Assembly: GCA_029856145.1 (NCBI GenBank) | Contig: JAHQWK010000030.1 | Coordinates: 1 to 64,000, forward strand | DNA length: 64,000 nt | Origin: Promethearchaeia archaeon | Lineage (GTDB): Archaea; Asgardarchaeota; Lokiarchaeia; Sigyniarchaeales; SOKP01 | Reading direction: 5' to 3' | Shown: positions 10,663 through 18,381 of the stretch, one piece after another | Position numbering within the stretch: position 1 is the first letter of the stretch | Layout: each line of letters begins with the position of its first letter | Position numbers and translations under genes: made by a program | The notes under the pieces: model-generated | Databases searched by the model: none | What the model saw: the letters and a program-made list of their open reading frames with translations, nothing else | Told to the model about the DNA's origin: nothing

Positions 10663-10715
10663 TTCTTATAAACAAATTCTAGTTATAAGAAGACTAACCT
10701 TGCAAGGGAAGGGGT
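10648..10715 (+). ncRNA. Eukaryote-like (Lokiarchaeota-type) SECIS element
   Basis: ATGA (10659-62), stem TTCTTATAA (10663-71), apical region ACAAATTCTAG with unpaired AAA, stem TTATAAGAA (10683-91), GA (10692-93). Lower helix ACCCCT (10648-53) pairs with AGGGGT (10710-15). Lies directly 3' of two UGA-containing genes. Confidence 0.85.
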
Positions 10716-10780
10716 TTTTAAATAGTATTCAATTAAAAATAAAAATTTTTATAGAAAATGTAATCCAAAAGGATGAAAAT

Positions 10781-12277
10781 ATGGTTCAAATTTCAAGAAC
10801 TATCAATTTCAATGGAATATCGCCAAGAAATTTAATGGATGCCACCTATAAAGCAGTCGAAAACTTTCAAATTAGGGCATTTTTCGAAGCAAAAGATGAA
10901 ATTTTGAAAACTGGAAAATATTCTGAAGAAGAATTTTATGAAATATTAGATACTATGATCGATGCTGAAACAGAGCGTAAATTAGTGTTAGAGGCATTAA
11001 TAGGTAAAGAACCGTTATTTTTAGAGGAAATTTCAAAAACTCTAAAAGATTTTCCACCAGAAAACGTCATTCGTGATATTATTTATCTTAAAGAACAAGG
11101 ATATATTGAAGAACATATTGAAATAAAAACTAAAACAGTCATTAAGAAAATAAAGGGAGAAGAAAAAGAAGTCGAGGAAAAAGAATATTTCTATAGGTAT
11201 CAAGTTAAAGAGATACCTGATGGTTTTATTGAACATTTTTTTGAAACCGTTTCTATTGTGTTTGATTTTAAAGTATGCTGTCAATGTGGTTGGTGCTCAT
11301 CAATTTGCCCTGTTAATGCAATTACAGTCACCGCAGACACTTTAGAGATTGATGATGAAACTTGTATAAAATGTGGCTTATGTTATTCTGTTTGTCCGAG
11401 ATCTTTTTCAATTGAACAAGCAGGTAAAAGTATAAATAAACTTGATAAATCTTTAAAATTTTCAGAAAAAATTAATAGTTATATTAATACATATTCTGCC
11501 ACCACCACTAAGGATGAAATTAAAAAAGTTCGACAAGATGGTGGGATTGTAACTTCTCTACTCGAATATTTACTCAAAAATAAATTAGTTGACGCCATTG
11601 TAGCAGTACAACATTCGAAGGACTTATGGAAACCAGAACCAGTAATAGTAGAAGACATTAAAGATTTGTACAAAACTAGTGGAACTAAATACGCAAATGC
11701 ATCAACATTAAGTATAATCGATGAAACAAAAAAGTACGATAATATTGCGATTGTAGGTGTCCCGTGTATGATGAACGCTTTAGAAAAAGGAAATTTATTT
11801 CCAAGTAGACTGCCTTTTTTCAAGAATATCAAATATAGAATAGGACTTTTCTGCATGGAATCTTTTCCTTACGAGGGCGTCCTTAACTTAATTAAAGAAC
11901 AATTTCAAACAGATTTTAAAAAAGTAACAAAAATGGATATAAGTGGAGGTAAATTCATTATATACTTAGATTCTGGTGAGGACTTAAGAGTACCCTTAAA
12001 GGAAGTTAAATCTTATGCTCGGTACAATTGTCATTTTTGCGAGGATCTAACATGCGATTTTGCAGATGTCAGTATTGGCTCAATTGGTTCACCCAGTGGG
12101 TGGTCTTCGGTAATAACGAGAACTAAATTAGGCGATAAACTTTTTAAGGACGCTATTAAGAAAGGATTAATTGAATCTAAAAGTTTAAAGGATGTTAAAC
12201 CTGGACAACCCTTACTTGAACGGATAGCTGGAATAAAAAGAAAAAATTGTAAACCAATCAAATTGGAAAAGGAGTAA
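10781..12277 (+). CDS. FrhB-family F420-binding subunit with N-terminal helical/wHTH extension and 2x[4Fe-4S]
   Basis: CCQCGWCSSICP, CIKCGLCYSVCP, QDGGIVT, GVPC, IGLFCMESF and CHFCEDLT motifs. ATG 10781 is preferred over TTG 10700, which lies inside the SECIS. Confidence 0.88.
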   Translation: MVQISRTINFNGISPRNLMDATYKAVENFQIRAFFEAKDEILKTGKYSEEEFYEILDTMIDAETERKLVLEALIGKEPLFLEEISKTLKDFPPENVIRDIIYLKEQGYIEEHIEIKTKTVIKKIKGEEKEVEEKEYFYRYQVKEIPDGFIEHFFETVSIVFDFKVCCQCGWCSSICPVNAITVTADTLEIDDETCIKCGLCYSVCPRSFSIEQAGKSINKLDKSLKFSEKINSYINTYSATTTKDEIKKVRQDGGIVTSLLEYLLKNKLVDAIVAVQHSKDLWKPEPVIVEDIKDLYKTSGTKYANASTLSIIDETKKYDNIAIVGVPCMMNALEKGNLFPSRLPFFKNIKYRIGLFCMESFPYEGVLNLIKEQFQTDFKKVTKMDISGGKFIIYLDSGEDLRVPLKEVKSYARYNCHFCEDLTCDFADVSIGSIGSPSGWSSVITRTKLGDKLFKDAIKKGLIESKSLKDVKPGQPLLERIAGIKRKNCKPIKLEKE

Positions 12278-12293
12278 TGTAAAAGTTATTATT

Positions 12294-13406
12294 ATGAGTA
12301 TAAAAACTTTTCAAGATTTAATTAAGGAAGTTCACGAAAAAGGAATCTGCCAAGAATGTGGAGGATGCACTTCTTTCTGTTCAGCAGCATTCGAAACTGT
12401 TATAGGCTTCAAAAAACCTAATTCTCCTCCTGAATACATAAACAAAGATGCATGCCTTGAGTGCGGTATATGTTATTACTTATGCCCTCAAACACATATC
12501 TTAGATGATGACCTAAATAATACTTATCAATTCACTGATTTTACATCAATGCCTTACGGATTTGCTGAAGATGTCTATTCTTGTCAGACTATAGATGAAG
12601 AATTTCTTAAACATGGGACAGATGGAGGTGTGGTAAATACACTTTTAAATTTCTTATTAGAAAATAAAATTATCGATGGAGCAATAGTCTCTAAAGTTGA
12701 GAGTCCATTTTCTCGAGAAGCCATGTTAGCAGAGAATAAAGGTGACCTAATTAAAGCATCGGGTACAATTTTGAATGTATCTCCACAAGTAGATGAAATA
12801 CAAAGGTTTAGCACTTATACACGCTCAATTCCTCAATTAAGTCATTATAAATTTAAAAAGTTAGCAATTGTGGGAACACCTTGTCAAATTTATACTATTA
12901 GATGTATGCAAACTTTAGGTGTTACCCCTTCGGAACATATTGAGATTTGTTTTGGTTTATTCTGTTATCATAATTTTCTATTTGAAAAATCTCAAATCGA
13001 GAAATTTGAAAAAGAGTTTAAGGTAAAATTTGAAGATATAAAAAAAATAAACATTAAGGAAGATTTAATTCTAAAGGTAGAGGATAAAAACTCAAAAGAA
13101 AAGATAATTCATATTCCTTTTAATAAATTAGTTAATTATATACGCCCAGCTTGCCATTCCTGTCTTGATTTTACTAATGTTTATTCAGATATTTCGTTTG
13201 GAGGGCTTGGATCTCCAGACAAATTTACCACTGTAATTCCTCGTACTGAAAAAGGTAAACAATTATTCCAAAAAGCATTAGATAAAAATATAATTAAGAA
13301 TCTAAAACTTGATGAAAATGTAAAAAGAAATATGAAAACCCTAATAACAAAGTTTTCTAAATCAAAAATTGAACGAAGAAATGAATTCATGAAAAACTTA
13401 AAATAA
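12294..13406 (+). CDS. FrhB-family F420-binding subunit
   Basis: CQECGGC, CLECGICYYLCP, TDGGVV, GTPCQ, GLFC and CHSCLDF motifs. Confidence 0.88.
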   Translation: MSIKTFQDLIKEVHEKGICQECGGCTSFCSAAFETVIGFKKPNSPPEYINKDACLECGICYYLCPQTHILDDDLNNTYQFTDFTSMPYGFAEDVYSCQTIDEEFLKHGTDGGVVNTLLNFLLENKIIDGAIVSKVESPFSREAMLAENKGDLIKASGTILNVSPQVDEIQRFSTYTRSIPQLSHYKFKKLAIVGTPCQIYTIRCMQTLGVTPSEHIEICFGLFCYHNFLFEKSQIEKFEKEFKVKFEDIKKINIKEDLILKVEDKNSKEKIIHIPFNKLVNYIRPACHSCLDFTNVYSDISFGGLGSPDKFTTVIPRTEKGKQLFQKALDKNIIKNLKLDENVKRNMKTLITKFSKSKIERRNEFMKNLK

Positions 13407-13410
13407 GGAA

Positions 13411-14688
13411 GTGAATTTTATAGTAGAAATTGAAAGATCTAAAAGGGCAAAATTGGAAGCAGATGAATTTGATTCGTACTTAAGAAAGATATATGAACCA
13501 AATTTAATTGATTTATTGAAAAAATGCTATCAATGCGCCCGTTGCTCAGGTGTATGTCAAATCAGTAAAGTTCAAAAATTTACACCTAGTAGAATCATTC
13601 AAATGATATTAGAAGGTTTTGAAGATGAGATAATTAATAGTCAGGTATTATGGGATTGTTTAATGTGCAATAGTTGCTTACAACATTGCCCTAAAGATAT
13701 TAATTTTGCTGATATTGTCAGAATGGCTAGATATAAAATGCGAACAAAAGATATCCAAAATCCTGATCGTTCTATTGCTCATAAAGGTATTTATCCTCTA
13801 ATGTCAGAACTTATGATTCAAAAAAATATTAAAATTGAAAGACCTTTAGATTGGATTCCAAAAGGCTGTAAAATTTCAAATAAAGGAGATATTTTATATT
13901 ATGTAGGATGTTTACCTTTCTTTAATTATGAATTTCAAGACTCAAATTCCATAGCAGAAAGCACTTTAAAGATTATTTGTCAATTAGAAAAAGATCCAGT
14001 AGTTATTCTTAAAGATGAAATATGTTGTGGTCACGATTTATATTGGGGTCAAGCAAAATTCGAAGTTTTTATCGAATTAGCAAAAAAAAATATAAATATC
14101 TTTGAAAAAGCAGGAATCTCAAAAATAGTTACTGCATGTGCTGAATGTTATAGAACTTTTAAAATTGATTACCCGAAGCTTTTTGAAGATTTTAATGAAA
14201 AATTTGAAGTTAAACACATAATTGAATATATATATGATAAGTGGAAGCAGGGAAAAGTCCAATTTAAAAATCCTAATGAATCTAGTGATGTTATTCCTTT
14301 CACTTATCATGACCCTTGTAGATTAAGTAGATTTTTACCAAAGGATAATAAAATTATTGAGAAAGTCCGAGAAATCTTCAAACATTTGAAGACAATAGGA
14401 TATAATTTTAATGAAATGGAACATAATAAAGAAAATTCCTATTGTTGTGGAGTAAATTCTTGGATGAATTGTAATGAAAAGTCTAAAGCTTTACGATATA
14501 AGCGTCTTTTAGAAGCTAAAGCTGCTGGAACAAAAATGATTACAGCATGCCCAAAATGTCGAATGCACTTAAATTGTCTAAAAAAAGACTATGAAGACTT
14601 CTCCTCTATTGAAATCTTAGATTTTTCAGAATTCTTAGTGGATTTTATAAAAATAATAGAACCTAATCAAACAGTTGAGGAGAAGTAA
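13411..14688 (+). CDS. HdrD/GlpC-like Fe-S oxidoreductase (2x[4Fe-4S] plus two CCG domains)
   Basis: CYQCARCSGVC, CLMCNSCLQHCP, YVGC...CCG...CAEC and HDPC...CCG...CPKC motifs. Confidence 0.88.
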   Translation: MNFIVEIERSKRAKLEADEFDSYLRKIYEPNLIDLLKKCYQCARCSGVCQISKVQKFTPSRIIQMILEGFEDEIINSQVLWDCLMCNSCLQHCPKDINFADIVRMARYKMRTKDIQNPDRSIAHKGIYPLMSELMIQKNIKIERPLDWIPKGCKISNKGDILYYVGCLPFFNYEFQDSNSIAESTLKIICQLEKDPVVILKDEICCGHDLYWGQAKFEVFIELAKKNINIFEKAGISKIVTACAECYRTFKIDYPKLFEDFNEKFEVKHIIEYIYDKWKQGKVQFKNPNESSDVIPFTYHDPCRLSRFLPKDNKIIEKVREIFKHLKTIGYNFNEMEHNKENSYCCGVNSWMNCNEKSKALRYKRLLEAKAAGTKMITACPKCRMHLNCLKKDYEDFSSIEILDFSEFLVDFIKIIEPNQTVEEK

Positions 14689-17600
14689 TGGAGAAAGTCG
14701 GCGCTGTCTTAGTTATTGGTGGCGGAATTGCAGGGATCCAAACTTCTATAGATTTAGCAGATTCAGGTTATAAAGTTTATCTAGCAGAATCGACAACCAG
14801 TATAGGTGGGGTTATGTCTCAATTAGATAAGACATTTCCAACTAATGACTGTGCAATATGTATACTTGCCCCAAAATTGGTACAAACTGGTCGACATGAA
14901 AATATCGATATTTTAATTAATTCATCAATTGAAAAAATTGAAGGTGTTCCTGGTAATTTTAATCTTGATTTAACTCAAAGAACGCTTCTTTTGGATCATA
15001 ATAAATGTACAGGGTGCGGGTTATGTGCTCAACATTGTCCTATAGAGGCTATAGATTTTTTTAATGAGAAGCTTTCTAATATTGCAGCAATATCTGTAAA
15101 ATTTCCTCAAGCAGTTCCATTAGTGTTCTCAATTAATAAAGAAAAATGTATAGGTTGCGGTATTTGTAAAGGAATTTGTAAAGCAAAAGCTATAGATTAC
15201 GAACTTCAAAATGAATTAATTAACCTCAATGTAGGAGCTGTAGTATTAGCAATTGGGTTTGATGAATACGATCCTACACCTTTAACGCAATTTGGTTACG
15301 GTAAGCATTTAAATGTGATTACTAGTATTGAATTTGAACGTATACTCAGTGCTAGTGGACCACACTCAGGTTTAATAATTCGCCCTTCTGATGGAATTAT
15401 CCCTAGAAAAATTGCCTTTTTACATTGTATAGGGTCAAGGGATAGAAAACATAGAATTGAATACTGCTCTTCTGTGTGTTGTATGTATACTACAAAGGAA
15501 GCAGTAATAGCAAAAGAGCATATGAATATTATAGAACCAACTATTTTTACAATGGATGTCAGAGCATATGGTAAAGATTTTGATAAATATATTGAACGAG
15601 CGAAGAATGAGTATGGAGTAAGATATATCAGACGTAGAATATCTTCTATTAAGGAAATTCCGGACTCTAAAGATTTAAAGGTTTATTATGAAACAGGAAA
15701 TGGAAAAATTATTGAAGAAATTTTTAATCTAGTCGTCCTTTCTGTAGGAATGCAACCTAATCAACAAGCAAAAGAACTAGCACAGAAATTAAATATCCAG
15801 TTAAATGAATATGGGTTTTGTAAAACTGGAACTTTTAACCCAGTAGAAACTTCAAGACCAGGGATTTATGTTTGTGGGTCTTTCGCAACACCTAAAGATA
15901 TTCCAGAAACTGTTATTGAAGCTAGTGCTGCTGCTGGATGTGTAAATGTTCTTTTATCAGAAGCAAGAAACAAATTAGTCTCTAAGAAAGAACTTCCCGA
16001 GGAAATAGATGTAAGTGATCAACCACCGCGAATAGGAGTATTTATATGTCATTGCGGGATAAATATTGGTGGGGTTGTTGATGTTCCTGATGTAGTTGAA
16101 TATGTGAAAACTTTACCTGATGTAGTTTATGCAGAACATAATTTATATACCTGTTCAGCAGATACTCAGACTATTATTAAAGAAAAAATCGAAGAAAACC
16201 AACTCAATAGAGTTATCGTTGCCTCATGTACTCCAAGAACACATGAACCTTTATTTCAAGCAACAATCAGGGAGGTTGGTTTAAATAAATATCTTTTTGA
16301 AATGGTTAATATTCGAGATCAATGTTCATGGGTTCATATGCATGAACCTGAAAGAGCAACCGCAAAATCAAAAGATTTATTGCGTATGTCAGTGGCGAAG
16401 GCTAGTCAATTAATCCCGTTACAGGAACAAGAAATCACTGTAATAAATAAAGGGCTAATTATAGGCGGGGGTGTATCTGGAATGTCAGCAGCATTAAATT
16501 TAGCTTCTCAAGGGTATGAAGTTTTCTTAATTGAAAAGGAAGAAGCTCTAGGTGGGCTTGCTAAAAATATTTATCGAACCCTCGAAAATGATGATACCCA
16601 GGAATATCTTGAAAACCTAATTAAAAATGTTGAAGATAATCAACTAATTCAAGTATATAAAAATGCTCAAATCAATTCAATATCAGGATATATAGGAAAT
16701 TTTTCCACAAATGTAAGCTACGGAAATAATAGCAAAAGTGTTGATCTAGAACATGGGATAATCATTGTAGCTACTGGCGCAAAAGAATATCAACCAAAAG
16801 AATATAGTTTCGGGCAAGATCAAAGAATTATATCTCAAACTGAATTTGAAAAAGATCTTTTTACTACGGATAAAATAAAAGGATTGAAATCAGTTGTTAT
16901 GATTCAATGCGTTGGATCTAGAAATGAAGATCACTCCTACTGTAGCAGAATCTGCTGTTCAGAAGCCATTAAAAATGCGTTGAAAGCAAAAGAAATCAAT
17001 CCTAATATAGAAATAGTGATTCTATATCGTGATATTCGAACATATGGTTTTAAAGAAAAATACTATAACTTAGCACGAGATAAAAAGATTATTTTCATTA
17101 GATTTGATGAAACTAAACTTCCTGAATTAAATATTAAAAATAAACAGTTAATAATAACAGTAAACAATCCAGATTTAGGAGAACTTGAAATAAATCCAGA
17201 TTTAATTGTGTTAAGTACGGGGCTTGTAGCACCCATAAAAGAAAACGAAGAGTTAGCAAAAATGTTAAAAGTTCCACTTAATGAGGATAAATTCTTTTTA
17301 GAAGCTCATGTTAAATTGAGACCAATTGATTTTGCAACAGACGGTATATATTTATGTGGGTGTGCACATTCGCCTAAAGATCTTCGAGAATCAATTGCCC
17401 AATCTAATGGAGCTGCTGGTCAAGCAGTTAAAATCTTAAGTGCTAAAAAACTTGTAACATCTGGGCTTGTAGCTGTCGTAATAGAGGAAAATTGCATTGG
17501 CTGTGGAAGCTGTATGGAAGTCTGTCAATTTAATGCTATAGAATTAATAGAGGAAGAAAGAACATTTGAAGATTTCACAATGACTATAAAGAAATCCCAC

Positions 17601-17729
17601 ATAAATCCAGCGCTTTGTAAAGGTTGTGGCACATGTGGTGCTCAATGCCCTAATTCAACAATAGTTATTAAACATTTTGGTTTTGAGCAAATTCACGCTA
17701 TGATTTCTGCTCTTTTAGTCCAAAGTTAA
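14688..17729 (+). CDS. hdrA: Large double-FAD HdrA-family protein (Cys form)
   Basis: Two GGG.xG FAD motifs, QLDKTFPTNDC, internal CHCG/CS/CTPRTHE/RDQCSW domain and ferredoxin motifs. Confidence 0.9.
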   Translation: MEKVGAVLVIGGGIAGIQTSIDLADSGYKVYLAESTTSIGGVMSQLDKTFPTNDCAICILAPKLVQTGRHENIDILINSSIEKIEGVPGNFNLDLTQRTLLLDHNKCTGCGLCAQHCPIEAIDFFNEKLSNIAAISVKFPQAVPLVFSINKEKCIGCGICKGICKAKAIDYELQNELINLNVGAVVLAIGFDEYDPTPLTQFGYGKHLNVITSIEFERILSASGPHSGLIIRPSDGIIPRKIAFLHCIGSRDRKHRIEYCSSVCCMYTTKEAVIAKEHMNIIEPTIFTMDVRAYGKDFDKYIERAKNEYGVRYIRRRISSIKEIPDSKDLKVYYETGNGKIIEEIFNLVVLSVGMQPNQQAKELAQKLNIQLNEYGFCKTGTFNPVETSRPGIYVCGSFATPKDIPETVIEASAAAGCVNVLLSEARNKLVSKKELPEEIDVSDQPPRIGVFICHCGINIGGVVDVPDVVEYVKTLPDVVYAEHNLYTCSADTQTIIKEKIEENQLNRVIVASCTPRTHEPLFQATIREVGLNKYLFEMVNIRDQCSWVHMHEPERATAKSKDLLRMSVAKASQLIPLQEQEITVINKGLIIGGGVSGMSAALNLASQGYEVFLIEKEEALGGLAKNIYRTLENDDTQEYLENLIKNVEDNQLIQVYKNAQINSISGYIGNFSTNVSYGNNSKSVDLEHGIIIVATGAKEYQPKEYSFGQDQRIISQTEFEKDLFTTDKIKGLKSVVMIQCVGSRNEDHSYCSRICCSEAIKNALKAKEINPNIEIVILYRDIRTYGFKEKYYNLARDKKIIFIRFDETKLPELNIKNKQLIITVNNPDLGELEINPDLIVLSTGLVAPIKENEELAKMLKVPLNEDKFFLEAHVKLRPIDFATDGIYLCGCAHSPKDLRESIAQSNGAAGQAVKILSAKKLVTSGLVAVVIEENCIGCGSCMEVCQFNAIELIEEERTFEDFTMTIKKSHINPALCKGCGTCGAQCPNSTIVIKHFGFEQIHAMISALLVQS

Positions 17730-17747
17730 ATTATAAGGTATTAATTT

Positions 17748-18179
17748 ATGTCTAAGTCAAAAAAGAAAGTAAATAAAAAGGATTTTCACCCTAATATATT
17801 GTGTTTTTGTTGTAATTGGTGTAGTTATGCTGGGGCAGATTTAGCTGGCGTATCTCGTTTTCAATACCCTCCCACTATTAGAATAGTAAGAGTAATGTGC
17901 TCTGGTAGAGTAGACCCGGCTTTTATTTTAGAAGCATTTAGAGATGGGATTGACGGAGTCATTGTGACAGGCTGTCACATTGGTGACTGTCATTATCTGA
18001 AAGGAAATGAGTTTGCAAGAGATAGGTTTGAAAATTTTCAGGAAGTTCTAAAAATATTCAATCTTGAAAAAAGATTTAGACTTGAATGGGTTAGTGCGTC
18101 TGAAGGAAAAAGATTTGCTGAAGTTATTACGGAATTTACAAATGAAATTAAAAAACTAGGTCCATTACAAGCAATTTAA
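17748..18179 (+). CDS. mvhD: MvhD [2Fe-2S] subunit (Cys form)
   Basis: CCNWCSYAGADLAG, VMCSGRVD, GCHIGDCHY and WVSASEG motifs. Confidence 0.93.
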   Translation: MSKSKKKVNKKDFHPNILCFCCNWCSYAGADLAGVSRFQYPPTIRIVRVMCSGRVDPAFILEAFRDGIDGVIVTGCHIGDCHYLKGNEFARDRFENFQEVLKIFNLEKRFRLEWVSASEGKRFAEVITEFTNEIKKLGPLQAI

Positions 18180-18274
18180 CATACAATTTTTATTGATTTA
18201 AAAAATTCCATCTCTCTTTCTTATTAACTTTAAATTATATTAAAATTATCCACCTCTACAGACACGTATGAAAT

Positions 18275-18326
18275 GGTAAATTCAGAGTCTGATTTCAATG
18301 AAAACTCAATGAAAAATGATAAAGTG
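18275..18326. repeat. Direct repeat, copy 1 (30-bp core GGTAAATTCAGAGTCTGATTTCAATGAAAA plus degenerate extension)
   Basis: Core is 29/30 identical to 20870-20899. Confidence 0.85.
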
Positions 18327-18381
18327 GTAGTCTAAAACTGTAGAAAAAGAAATATAAAAAAAAGTTTTAATACGAATTTAA

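Noticed and set aside
10700-10780. TTG start and 27-aa extension of the FrhB ORF
   Set aside because: It overlaps the SECIS lower helix. ATG 10781 is more plausible.
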